Source: an uncultured Candidatus Saccharibacteria bacterium (GTDB lineage: Bacteria > Patescibacteriota > Andersenbacteria > UBA10190). From it: 59,974 bases of DNA. This document shows positions 49,490 to 59,112 of this stretch, piece by piece (the first letter of the stretch is position 1; the number at the start of each line of letters is the position of its first letter). Below the pieces are notes generated by a model. The model had not been told where the DNA came from and made no database searches. It worked only from the letters and a program-made list of their open reading frames with translations. The translations under genes were made by a program, and so were the position numbers. The stretch spans positions 1 to 59,974 of the forward strand of contig CAYMOF010000006.1 in the NCBI GenBank assembly GCA_964392095.1. The letters are read 5' to 3'.

Positions 49490-51235
49490 TCATTGGTTGG
49501 TGTTTTTAGAAACACGCATAACATCCTGATAGCGCACAGTGCCTTGCAGGACTTTAAGGATTCCGTCTTGGAGTAAAGATATGTGTCCCTGTTTTTTTGT
49601 TAATTCGACCATCTTGTCATAGGGGGCGCGATCCGTAATAGCTTGGCGCAGTTCATGAAAAACAGGAATGGCCTCGAGTATAATAACCTGCCCATTTGTT
49701 TTTCTTTCCTGACACTTAGGACAGCCCTTGCTTTCAAATAGTTTTATTTTGTTAGAGATGTTCATACTTTCATAATAATCTGGAGGAATATTCTTAAGGA
49801 TTTTTTTTATGGTTTCCTGGGCCTTGGGAGGAACAATGACTTCTTCACGGCAATCAGGACACAGCCTGGGCAATAATCTTTGGGCAATCAATAAACGCAG
49901 GCTGGAAGAAACAAGATAAGGATTAACACCCAGGCCGGTGAGATGAGTAATAATATCTAGGGCGTTGGAAACAGAGGGCAAAGAACTTATTATCAGATAA
50001 CCAGAGAGGGCTCCTTTAATAGTTAGGTGAGCTACTGGTGAGTCGTTAATTTCATCGATCATGATAATGTCTGTGTCTTGGCGATAAATCTCATGGAGGG
50101 CTTTTGGGTAATCGAATCCTCTCTCTGGCTGAATTTGGGTTTGGGAAACACCAGGGATTTCATAACTAACTGGATCTTCAAGAGAAGCAATGTTTACTGA
50201 CGGTTTGTTTAACAAGGAAACAAGTGAGTACAGCAAGGAGGTCTTTCCCGAGCTCTGCGGACCAGAAGTTAAGATCAGGCCGTGGGGATTAGCAATGGAG
50301 TTGGAGAGGATGTTCTGGTGACGAGGGGCTACTCCTAGGTCTGATAAGGAGGGGGATTTTTGAGACACGCGCATCATTCGTAAAGTTATTTTTTCTCCTC
50401 TGGTTGTGGGCATAATAAGTACCTGAACGGTGAGCGGCTTTGGTTCATTAGCAAGATAAATACTTCCTTCTTGCGGCGTGTCTGATTTGGTGACGCGTAT
50501 GTTAGCAAGCATTTTTACACGAGAGAGAACGGCCGCGTGTAAATCCATAGGCAAGAGAAGAGAGGTGTGCAGTTGGCCGTCTATTCTGTAGCGAACGCGA
50601 AGCTGTTCCAGTTCTGGTTCTATGTGAATATCTGTGGCTAATCCATCAATGGCGTGGCGGACTATAACGGCGACAATTTTATTCACGGGAGTATCGGTTA
50701 ATACACTGTTAAGTTTGTTGGGCTCCGGGGAGATATTTTTAGTTTTTTTAAGTTCCTGACCAAATTCTCGCAACATCTGCTCGGTGTTACTGCTGGTGTC
50801 GGGAAAATTCAACGCCTGGGTAATGCCATCATGGGAGGCGCAGTATATTTCCGGTAAGAGGTTTTTTTTCTTAGCAATGAATCTAATGGCTGATAAGGCC
50901 TCGTAGTCATCGGGGGACTCCATAGCAATTAAGAGTCTTTTTTCTTTTTGGGCAAAAGCAAAAAACCTATAGGTCTGGGCCGCTTTTGTGGAGATTCCAG
51001 ACATAGCGCGGTCATCACTTTGTATAGTCGATAGATCAACATAAGGAACGCCCAAGCTTTCCGCTTTTAATTGGGCGAGGGGCTCCGGATAAACCAGTTT
51101 TTCTTCTCTGATAACTTCTTCAATTTTTTTGTCTTCCTCTTGGGCAACACGTTTGATGTGATCAAGCTGGGTCGGCTTAAGCAATCGGTGTTCCAGTAGA
51201 AGTTGTTCGAGAGTTGGTTTTGTTTTTTCGGTCAT
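49490..51235 (-). CDS. pilB: PilB/GspE-family ATPase, catalytically degenerate
   Basis: TDIHIEP, RYRIDG, GPQSSGKTS, EDPV, AQRL, CPDC/CPKC; His box and conserved arginines missing; start may be 51265. Confidence 0.85.
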   Translation of the reverse strand: MTEKTKPTLEQLLLEHRLLKPTQLDHIKRVAQEEDKKIEEVIREEKLVYPEPLAQLKAESLGVPYVDLSTIQSDDRAMSGISTKAAQTYRFFAFAQKEKRLLIAMESPDDYEALSAIRFIAKKKNLLPEIYCASHDGITQALNFPDTSSNTEQMLREFGQELKKTKNISPEPNKLNSVLTDTPVNKIVAVIVRHAIDGLATDIHIEPELEQLRVRYRIDGQLHTSLLLPMDLHAAVLSRVKMLANIRVTKSDTPQEGSIYLANEPKPLTVQVLIMPTTRGEKITLRMMRVSQKSPSLSDLGVAPRHQNILSNSIANPHGLILTSGPQSSGKTSLLYSLVSLLNKPSVNIASLEDPVSYEIPGVSQTQIQPERGFDYPKALHEIYRQDTDIIMIDEINDSPVAHLTIKGALSGYLIISSLPSVSNALDIITHLTGLGVNPYLVSSSLRLLIAQRLLPRLCPDCREEVIVPPKAQETIKKILKNIPPDYYESMNISNKIKLFESKGCPKCQERKTNGQVIILEAIPVFHELRQAITDRAPYDKMVELTKKQGHISLLQDGILKVLQGTVRYQDVMRVSKNTNQ

Positions 51236-51261
51236 AAGCAAGAGTGTTGGTAACAATGATA

Positions 51262-52377
51262 TCACATAGTTAGGTGGCGTTGGGCTAAGCAGACAGCCCG
51301 GGTAAAAACAGGACCTTTGTTTTTCAACTGATTATCCAGTTCAGGAGATAATGATAAACCTCGCCAAGGGTTAGCAAGCGTTGTTTGATGGTTCATTTTT
51401 TGAGCCCAAAGAGATCGTAAATTATGAGCTAATGAACCTTCGCCCGTAAGCACGGTTTGGGAAATGGGTCTGTTTTTTGACTGTTCAAATTTTTCACAAA
51501 TTTTTTTTGCTTCTTCGACAATAGGTTCAAAGGTAAGGTTAATTGAAGCGGGAGGTGTGGCGGCGGCGCGGTGACTATCGGGTTCTCCGATTATAAAATT
51601 TTTAGCTATTGGAGAAGGAAGACCGGCTGTATTTATGAGCGAAGCGATGCAATTAAGATAACCATAGTCTAAAAGGTAAACGATTTTGACGGCGCCTCGG
51701 TCAATAATATGGAAGGTGGTTTCAAGAGCGTCGATGTCACATATAAGTATGGAGGAGTGGGAGCTGTTTTGAATTAGTCTTCGCAAAGAAAAGGAGGACA
51801 ACTCTAGAGAAAATAGCTCCATATTTAGTTCAGCGACCAGGTCCTTATACCAGGTAATAACATTTTTAGGTATAGCGGCTATAAAGACAGGAATAGATGA
51901 CTGTTCCTGAAAATCTTTGTTTTTATTCGGTTTTGGCTTTGGGCTGGTTTTGTCAGTTGTGTCGTCAAGAGGAATTGAAGGATTAGTCTTTCCTTCTTTG
52001 CTCCAGACAACGATCATTTCGTTTAAGTCCGCAGGTACAACTCGAGAGGCTGAAAATTTTATTGCTTTGTCTAGTTCATTGTCGGGTATATTGGGTTGGA
52101 TTATGGTGGTGGTGAATACTGTACTGGAAGGAAGAGAAGCGACGACTAAGTCAGATGAAAATTGCCCGGCGTTAAGTGAGTCATTTATTAATTGAGCCCA
52201 GTCTTTAACATTCATTGTTTCTAGGGCGGAAGGAATCACATAAGGTTCCGGCAGATTAACGTAAGCGTACGCGGAGAGATCTATTCTTTTGCCTCGGTTA
52301 AGTAATTCAACAATTCTTATGGAAGAATCGCTGATATCCAAACCAATAAAAGAGTGGGGTTTATTTGGTAAGAACAC
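51262..52377 (-). CDS. pilM: Type IV pilus assembly protein PilM (divergent)
   Basis: FIGLDISDSSIRIVEL, LTGEGS, LANPW; actin-like fold. Confidence 0.85.
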   Translation of the reverse strand: MFLPNKPHSFIGLDISDSSIRIVELLNRGKRIDLSAYAYVNLPEPYVIPSALETMNVKDWAQLINDSLNAGQFSSDLVVASLPSSTVFTTTIIQPNIPDNELDKAIKFSASRVVPADLNEMIVVWSKEGKTNPSIPLDDTTDKTSPKPKPNKNKDFQEQSSIPVFIAAIPKNVITWYKDLVAELNMELFSLELSSFSLRRLIQNSSHSSILICDIDALETTFHIIDRGAVKIVYLLDYGYLNCIASLINTAGLPSPIAKNFIIGEPDSHRAAATPPASINLTFEPIVEEAKKICEKFEQSKNRPISQTVLTGEGSLAHNLRSLWAQKMNHQTTLANPWRGLSLSPELDNQLKNKGPVFTRAVCLAQRHLTM

Positions 52378-52440
52378 AGTTTTAATAATTAAAAATAACT
52401 ATTGCGCAAGATAACACTTATAGTGTAGCATAAGGATATT

Positions 52441-53007
52441 ATGAGTGGTTTTATTTGGCTGATTGTTTTAATTTTACTCGCGGTGGCGGGCTATTTTGTG
52501 GTTGTTTATAACTCTTTAATTAAGCAAAGAAATCAGGTTAAGGAAGCTTGGAGTGATATTGACGTACAACTAAAAAGAAGACATAATTTAATTCCTAATT
52601 TAGTTGAGACGGTGAAAGGATATGCCACTCACGAAAGAGAGGCATTCGACTCGGTTACTAAGGCGCGAGCAAGGGCTTTGGGGGCGGAGACTCCGGCGGA
52701 ACAGGCCGAGGCGGAAAACGCTTTGACCTCAACGTTAAAAACCTTATTTGCGGTGGCGGAAGCTTACCCGGATTTAAAAGCTAACGCTAATTTTCTCGAG
52801 TTACAGAGAGAGCTTTCGGATACGGAGAATAAAATTCAAGCGGCCAGACGTTTCTATAATTCTGTTACTCGCGACTATAACACAGGTATTCAGTCGGTAC
52901 CCAAAAACATAGTGGCCGGCATGTTTTCTTTTAAAGAAGAAGAATACTTTGAATTATCAGAGGAGGCAGAAAGATCGGTGCCGGAAGTAGATTTCCAGGA
53001 GAGATAA
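52441..53007 (+). CDS. lemA: LemA family protein
   Basis: [40 protein letters not shown]. Confidence 0.97.
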   Translation: MSGFIWLIVLILLAVAGYFVVVYNSLIKQRNQVKEAWSDIDVQLKRRHNLIPNLVETVKGYATHEREAFDSVTKARARALGAETPAEQAEAENALTSTLKTLFAVAEAYPDLKANANFLELQRELSDTENKIQAARRFYNSVTRDYNTGIQSVPKNIVAGMFSFKEEEYFELSEEAERSVPEVDFQER

Positions 53008-53104
53008 TTTTAAATTTGCAATTTGCAAATAATTTTTAGTCAGTCAATTTTTGGCGTGACCGTAGGATTTGAAAATTGATGTTTGATGATTGAAAATTGA
53101 TACT

Positions 53105-53995
53105 GTGCCCAACTTATATAAACAGATTGAAGCCAATAAACGGAGTTCTCTTTTTTTGATTTTATTTGTTTTGACTCTGGTGATAGGAGCCGTGGCTATA
53201 TATTCTTACGCGGTGAGAGGAGATTTTGTGTTGCCTGTTATTGCGGCTGTGATCGCTGTCCCCTCTTCATTAATCGGCTATTACAAGGGTGACAAGATTG
53301 CTTTAGTAAGCAATGGAGCCAAAGAGTTGCCAAAAGAACGAGCTCCGGAGATACATAATGTTTTAGAAAATCTAGCCATAACTTCCGGCATACCTAAACC
53401 AAAGTTGTATTATATTGATTCCCCCGCACTAAACGCATTTGCTACAGGCAGGAACCCAGAACATTCCTCGATTGCCGTAACAAGAGGGTTAGTAGAAAAA
53501 TTAGATAGATCAGAGCTTGAAGGAGTGTTAGCCCACGAGCTGGCTCACGTGAAAAACTATGATATTCGTTTCGCGACTATGGTGGCTATTTTTGTTGGTT
53601 TTGTGGTTATTTTATCGGATTTGTTCACCAGGTCTTTATTGTGGGGAGGTTTGGGTTCTCGGGATAATAATAATCGGGGGCAGTTAGGAGCGGTTTTGGC
53701 CATTGTGGGTTTGGTTTTTCTAATTATTTCCCCTATTGTCGCCCGCTTGATCCAACTAGCCATATCCCGACAAAGGGAATATCTGGCAGATTCTTCTGGA
53801 GCGTTGATAACAAGATATCCAGAAGGTTTAGCTAGGGCTTTGGAAAAAATCGAACAGTCCCCTCCTCTGCAGGCAGCCGGCAGGGCTACAGCCCATCTTT
53901 ATATAAGCAACCCCTTTAAAAGAAGCAACCTGGGTCGTTTCTTCTCAACACATCCGCCGGTAAAAGAGAGAGTCAGAAGATTAAGAGGCTTGTGA
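53105..53995 (+). CDS. htpX: Zinc metalloprotease HtpX (M48)
   Basis: NAFATGR, LAHELAH, SRQREYLAD, FSTHPP; start GTG 53105 or TTG 53090. Confidence 0.95.
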   Translation: MPNLYKQIEANKRSSLFLILFVLTLVIGAVAIYSYAVRGDFVLPVIAAVIAVPSSLIGYYKGDKIALVSNGAKELPKERAPEIHNVLENLAITSGIPKPKLYYIDSPALNAFATGRNPEHSSIAVTRGLVEKLDRSELEGVLAHELAHVKNYDIRFATMVAIFVGFVVILSDLFTRSLLWGGLGSRDNNNRGQLGAVLAIVGLVFLIISPIVARLIQLAISRQREYLADSSGALITRYPEGLARALEKIEQSPPLQAAGRATAHLYISNPFKRSNLGRFFSTHPPVKERVRRLRGL

Positions 53996-53997
53996 TT

Positions 53998-54441
53998 TTA
54001 TAAGGTTTTTTCTATGACTGGATAGGAAAAGCCCCGTGAGATTAAAAATCTGGCAAGGCGGGCTTTGTCTGATCTGTGTTGAGGATGAAGAATTTGCCAT
54101 TTACGGACTGCCTCTTGGGCCATTTTTTCTTCAAGGTCGTCAACAAATATATTATTTAAGGCTTCCTGGGCAAAATTTTCTTTTATCCCCTTTTGCTTGA
54201 GTTTGTGTTTAATAAAATGGGGACCAACGGGCTTGTTTTGAATTATCTGTTGAGCATATTGGCGGGCAAATTTCTTATCATTAAGAAGGTTTGCTTTTTT
54301 AAATTTATTAATGGTTTCGTTTATCTGTTGAGTAGTAAATCCTTTGCGTTTCATTTTTGATTTTATTTCAAAAATAGAATGGTCGCGCCGGGCGAGTATT
54401 GATTGGGCCGCGTAGTCGGGATTTTGTGATTTGGAAAGCAT
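53998..54441 (-). CDS. recX: Regulatory protein RecX
   Basis: LARRDHS..E, LLNDKKFA, GP..I...LKQKGI, FLISRGF. Confidence 0.93.
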   Translation of the reverse strand: MLSKSQNPDYAAQSILARRDHSIFEIKSKMKRKGFTTQQINETINKFKKANLLNDKKFARQYAQQIIQNKPVGPHFIKHKLKQKGIKENFAQEALNNIFVDDLEEKMAQEAVRKWQILHPQHRSDKARLARFLISRGFSYPVIEKTL

Positions 54442-54610
54442 ATATGTTTAAGAAATTTGAGTTTATAAATTATATAATTTTAAGAATGTATAATTTCTGG
54501 ATTTTTGTCTTGCTCTTTACATTTTAAATTAATTCGTTAGATTCCGTGGTATATGAAGATCTTTAGGTTATACTAAGAAGCATAGTTCTTTATTGTTAAA
54601 GAGATTAATA

Positions 54611-57166
54611 ATGAAAAATCCTATCCAAGACAAACTTACAAGCAGGTTAAAAAATATACTAGCTACGGCGACAAAAACGTCCAAGGGGCTGAAGCACGGC
54701 CGAATTGGAACAGAACATGTTTTATACGGCATGACGCAAGAGGCAGGATGTCTAGCTTACAGTATTTTAAAAAAGTTTGGTTTGAATTCTGAATTTATTA
54801 TGGAAGAACTGAAAAAGATGCCTCAAAAGTCTCATTGGCACGAGGAATTATCACCTAACACCAGGGCTATTATTGAAAAGGGGGCGCGCACCGCTTTTCA
54901 GTACCATCACCGTTATATAGGAACCGAGCATGTCTTGTACAGTATGCTGTCACTAAAAGACAGCAACGCTTACAAGATATTTGAAAAATCGCCAGTTGAC
55001 ATAAGAGCACTTTTACAGCAGGTGCAAATTGTGCTAAAGAGCACGTCTCATTTCCCTGATTTATCCAGTTTTTTGGGTTTGCCATCAGTGCCGCAAGCTA
55101 CTCCCACAAGAACGGCTGTCCAAAAGAAAATGCAAGGACATCCAGCTTCTATGGAATTAGAAGAGGCGGATAACAAGAAAGTAAAAACTCCTGCCTTGGA
55201 TTTCTTCACCCAAGACTTAACGGCCGCTGCCGCGGAAGGTAAATATGATCCGATTATTGGAAGAGCAAAAGAAATTGAAAGAGTAATGAGTGTTTTGAAC
55301 AGGAAGACAAAAAACAATCCTCTTCTGATTGGAGATCCCGGAACCGGAAAAACGGCTATTGTTATTGGCTTAGCTCAAAAAATCGCAGCCGGGTCGGTGC
55401 CTCCAAAATTACAAGATAAAAGAATATTGGCTTTAGATATGGCTAGTGTCCTGGCGGGGACAACTTTCAGAGGAGAATTCGAGGAAAGGGTGAAAGAGTT
55501 GATGAGAGAATTGGAAACAGACGATCAGGCGGTGCTGTTTATTGACGAGGTACACACTATAGTGGGGGCCGGTTCAGCTGGAGGAAGCTTGGATGCCGCC
55601 AATATGTTAAAGCCGGCTTTAACGAGAGGAGAAATAAGCGTGATTGGCGCCACCACTATGGAAGAGTACAGAAAACATATTGAGAAGGACGCCGCTTTAG
55701 AAAGACGTTTTCAGGCAATACAAGTAAAAGAGACGTCTGAAGAAGAAACGCTTGCTATTTTACAAGGAGCGAGAGAGGCTTATGAACAACACCATGGATT
55801 AACCGTTACGGATGAAGCTATAAGGGCGGCAGTGGAGATGAGCGTGCGTTATATCCCCGATCGATTTTTGCCGGACAAGGCTTTTGATTTGCTCGATGAG
55901 GCAGCGGCCAGACTACAACTTAAGTTGGCGGGAAGCGACGAGGCGCAGGAAGCTAACCAGCTAAAGAAAAATATTGACGACTTGAAAACTAAAAAAGAAA
56001 AGGCCATTGAAAGCGAGAATTACGAAGAAGCTCTTAAAGCAAAGCGACAGGAAGATGAGCTAAATGAAAAATTAGCGGCCTACGCTCGGAAAATTAGCAA
56101 AGAAAGAGGAAAGATTAAGCTGTCAATAAACCAAGAGCATGTAGCCGAAGTGGTAGCTGAAAACACGGGAATTCCGGTGACGAGAATCATAAAATCAGAA
56201 ATTAAAAAGCTGGCCAACCTGGAGGAAATTCTAAGAAAGTATATAATCGGCCAGGAAGAGGCTATATCGTCAGTGGCAAGGTACGTGCGCCGCAGCCGAG
56301 CGGGCATTGCTAATCCAAATAGGCCTTTGGGATCTTTTATCTTCCTAGGTCCAACCGGAGTAGGTAAAACTGAAACCGCCAAGATATTAGCGCGGGAAGT
56401 ATTTGAAGACGAAGAAGCTTTGATAAGGGTTGATATGTCCGAGTTTATGGAATCTCATTCCGTGTCAAGACTGGTAGGGGCTCCGGCAGGATATGTTGGT
56501 TACGAAGACGGCGGAAAGTTAACGGAAGCGGTAAGAAGGAAGCCTTATTCAATTGTGCTTTTTGACGAGATTGAGAAAGCGCATCGGGATGTAACAAACA
56601 TATTGCTGCAAATACTGGATGAGGGTCAATTGACCGACTCGCACGGAAGAGCGGTTAATTTCCGCAACACTATTGTGATCATGACCAGTAACCTGGGTTC
56701 CCAGGAGTTGTCCCAGCAGGCACGGATGGGATTTGGTTTAGCGAAAGAAAGTCCGACCAAAGACACGGTGAAAGAAAGATATGAGGAGTTAAAAGACATC
56801 GTTCTAAAAGAGCTTAAGAACAACATGGCACCGGAACTGATAGGCAGAATAGATCAAATAATCGTGTACTCGCCTTTGGGTTTATCGGAAATAAAAAGAG
56901 TGGCGGAACTGCATGTCAACGAGTTAAAAAACAGGTTGTCTGATAAGAATATCAATCTGGATGTATCGCGCGGAGTTATTGATGATATATCTAATCGTGC
57001 TTACGAAGAAGGCGCGGGAGCAAGGCCGATAAGAAGGATAGTGCAGGAGATATTAGAAGATCCAATTGCGAATTCGGTTGTGGCTGATGAGTTGAAAGAA
57101 GGTCATCTGGTTAAAGCGACTAAGACGGGGGGGCAGATAAAAGTGGTGCCGGTTGATGAAGGTTGA
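54611..57166 (+). CDS. clpC: ATP-dependent Clp protease ATPase ClpC
   Basis: Two Clp-N repeats (IGTEH), GDPGTGKT, UVR-like middle domain, GPTGVGKT, MGF ClpP-binding loop, GARP. Confidence 0.93.
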   Translation: MKNPIQDKLTSRLKNILATATKTSKGLKHGRIGTEHVLYGMTQEAGCLAYSILKKFGLNSEFIMEELKKMPQKSHWHEELSPNTRAIIEKGARTAFQYHHRYIGTEHVLYSMLSLKDSNAYKIFEKSPVDIRALLQQVQIVLKSTSHFPDLSSFLGLPSVPQATPTRTAVQKKMQGHPASMELEEADNKKVKTPALDFFTQDLTAAAAEGKYDPIIGRAKEIERVMSVLNRKTKNNPLLIGDPGTGKTAIVIGLAQKIAAGSVPPKLQDKRILALDMASVLAGTTFRGEFEERVKELMRELETDDQAVLFIDEVHTIVGAGSAGGSLDAANMLKPALTRGEISVIGATTMEEYRKHIEKDAALERRFQAIQVKETSEEETLAILQGAREAYEQHHGLTVTDEAIRAAVEMSVRYIPDRFLPDKAFDLLDEAAARLQLKLAGSDEAQEANQLKKNIDDLKTKKEKAIESENYEEALKAKRQEDELNEKLAAYARKISKERGKIKLSINQEHVAEVVAENTGIPVTRIIKSEIKKLANLEEILRKYIIGQEEAISSVARYVRRSRAGIANPNRPLGSFIFLGPTGVGKTETAKILAREVFEDEEALIRVDMSEFMESHSVSRLVGAPAGYVGYEDGGKLTEAVRRKPYSIVLFDEIEKAHRDVTNILLQILDEGQLTDSHGRAVNFRNTIVIMTSNLGSQELSQQARMGFGLAKESPTKDTVKERYEELKDIVLKELKNNMAPELIGRIDQIIVYSPLGLSEIKRVAELHVNELKNRLSDKNINLDVSRGVIDDISNRAYEEGAGARPIRRIVQEILEDPIANSVVADELKEGHLVKATKTGGQIKVVPVDEG

Positions 57167-57866
57167 AGCGTTTGAGTGTTTAGCTAGCGGTTTAAAAGAT
57201 GTTATTGCCCCGGCAAGGTGTATAGGGTGTTTAAAAGAAGGAACATGGTGGTGTAAAAATTGCCGGCAAGGGTTTGTTTATTCTCCTTTGTCTTGCGTGG
57301 TTTGCAAGAAAGAGAGATCGAGAGGAATTACTTGTACTGGTTGTAAATCAAAAACAACCTTAGCCGGGCTGGTGACGGCCGGGTGTTATTCGTCACCGGT
57401 TTTCAGAAGAGGTGTTCATTGGTTAAAATTTAAAGGTGTTTTAGATGTGGCTGAAACGATGGCAAATATTCTAATTCCCAGACTGGTGTTAATAAATACT
57501 TTGAAGGAGCTGCAAAAACAGGCCGTGTTGGTTCCCATCCCGCTTCATAAGCATAAATTAAGGGCCAGGGGTTTTAATCAAAGCGAAAAATTAGCCGAGA
57601 TTATAGGTGAAAATACGGGTGTTCCGGTTATAGAGGCGGTGGAGAGGATAAAGCCAACATGGACGCAAACGAAACTGCCGGCCGGTTTAAGAAAAGAGAA
57701 TTTAATAGATTCGTTTGCCGTTAAAGAAGCTTTGCCTGCTGATAGAAAATATTGCTTGCTGGTGGATGATGTGGTGACGACGGGATCAACAATATCAGAA
57801 GCTGCCAGAGTTTTGGCGGCTGATAAAAATAAGATAATTTGGGGAGTGGCTGTGGCCCGGGGATAA
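57156..57866 (+). CDS. comF: ComF family protein (Zn ribbon plus phosphoribosyltransferase)
   Basis: Repeated CxxC, VPIPLH, RGFNQS, LLVDDVVTTGST. Confidence 0.93.
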   Translation: MKVEAFECLASGLKDVIAPARCIGCLKEGTWWCKNCRQGFVYSPLSCVVCKKERSRGITCTGCKSKTTLAGLVTAGCYSSPVFRRGVHWLKFKGVLDVAETMANILIPRLVLINTLKELQKQAVLVPIPLHKHKLRARGFNQSEKLAEIIGENTGVPVIEAVERIKPTWTQTKLPAGLRKENLIDSFAVKEALPADRKYCLLVDDVVTTGSTISEAARVLAADKNKIIWGVAVARG

Positions 57867-57882
57867 GCGGGTTGGCGTTTTG

Positions 57883-58473
57883 TTACCAGGTACTTGTCTG
57901 TCCGTCGCGGCGGGGAGAGTCATAGCCGGAAGGACGATCGGGGTTGTTTTCTGGAGTGCTGGAATCATGACTGTGATGAGGTTCATCAAAAGAGTCATCA
58001 AAAGGATCATCGTAGGCTTCGGGTTTGTTAGGAATAATGTCACGGGCATTTTTAATATCGCGAGTGCTTGGTTCGTCGGAAGAAGGCGGATCAGGGTCAG
58101 AAAAACGGTCTGCTCCTCCCCCGCCTTCCCGGAGGTCAGACAGATCTGTTCTTTGTCTGCGCGCATCTTCTTTTACTGTTCGCCCCTCTTTTTTGTGTTG
58201 TCTTAACTGTTTTTCCAGTTGTCTTTTAATATGACGAGCCGTGCCGGGATCAATGTTATCATCGGGGTTTCTCTTCCATGCGGAATAGGCTTTGAGAATT
58301 TCTCTTTTACTAAGCCCGCCGCCGCTCACGCGGTGTTTAGATAATTCATCCAAAGCGCTTTTTCTGGCTTTACCGCTGATCCATTTGAGCTTGGGGTCAG
58401 TTTTGAAGCTTTTTTTCTCCATACCGTGCAGACCGCCTAAAAATCTGCCGAATCCTTTGGTTTTTCTTGCCAT
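57883..58473 (-). CDS. Hypothetical protein with a basic N-terminus and a disordered acidic/Pro-rich C-terminus
   Basis: 196 aa ORF; promoter TTGACT-17-TAAAAT lies 6 nt before the ATG. Confidence 0.7.
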   Translation of the reverse strand: MARKTKGFGRFLGGLHGMEKKSFKTDPKLKWISGKARKSALDELSKHRVSGGGLSKREILKAYSAWKRNPDDNIDPGTARHIKRQLEKQLRQHKKEGRTVKEDARRQRTDLSDLREGGGGADRFSDPDPPSSDEPSTRDIKNARDIIPNKPEAYDDPFDDSFDEPHHSHDSSTPENNPDRPSGYDSPRRDGQTSTW

Positions 58474-58479
58474 CTTTAT

Positions 58480-58508
58480 ATTTTATAACATTTAGACGTT
58501 AAAGTCAA
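58480..58508 (-). promoter_or_regulatory. sigma70-type promoter, leaderless geometry
   Basis: TTGACT-17 bp-TAAAAT-6 bp-ATG. Confidence 0.7.
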
Positions 58509-58605
58509 CTTGCGATCGGGTAACTACTAACAATAATGAGCCAGTGTTTTTTACTGAAGGTCAGCGACGCGCTGATGTGTCAATGTGAATTGGTTTTTTA
58601 TCAAC

Positions 58606-59109
58606 TTATATCTTCCGGCTGTCGTAGGCCCAGTGCAAAAGAACTTGTCTTTGTTTAGGTCGGCAATTAAGGTCTCCGGGCAGGCAGTTCTTTTTGATGG
58701 CTCCGACATGTCTTTTTATCGCTCGCCAGCGTTTTATTTGCCTGGTATCTTCTTCTGGTATTCTTCTGCCTAAGTAATAGCGACAATACCACTGGAACCA
58801 GCCCCTGGGATCGGCCGGGTGTATCCAACCCTTTTTCTGCCAGGCTTCAAGCGACAGTGACGCATCCGTTTTAAAATAGTTTAGACTGGGATCTTTTTTA
58901 GCCGGGGACAGTTTTGCTTTTTTATACCAGGAAGCGGGAAACTCTTTTTGGCAATCCGTCATGTATTTACCGCCAAAGACCCCTAATTCAAGCATCTGTT
59001 TGGGGGTAAGTTCTGGCTTAAAGCCAAGATCAAAGTTTCTTCCTGTCGGTTCAGTAAGGTAGTAATAACCCTTTTGCATTTTGTCATTGATGATTACTTT
59101 TTTCTTCAT
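58606..59109 (-). CDS. Conserved hypothetical Trp-rich protein
   Basis: LTPKQMLELGVFGGKY, DPRGWFQWYCRYYLGRR, RQIKRW, RQVLLHWAYD; function unknown to me. Confidence 0.85.
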   Translation of the reverse strand: MKKKVIINDKMQKGYYYLTEPTGRNFDLGFKPELTPKQMLELGVFGGKYMTDCQKEFPASWYKKAKLSPAKKDPSLNYFKTDASLSLEAWQKKGWIHPADPRGWFQWYCRYYLGRRIPEEDTRQIKRWRAIKRHVGAIKKNCLPGDLNCRPKQRQVLLHWAYDSRKI

Positions 59110-59112
59110 TAA

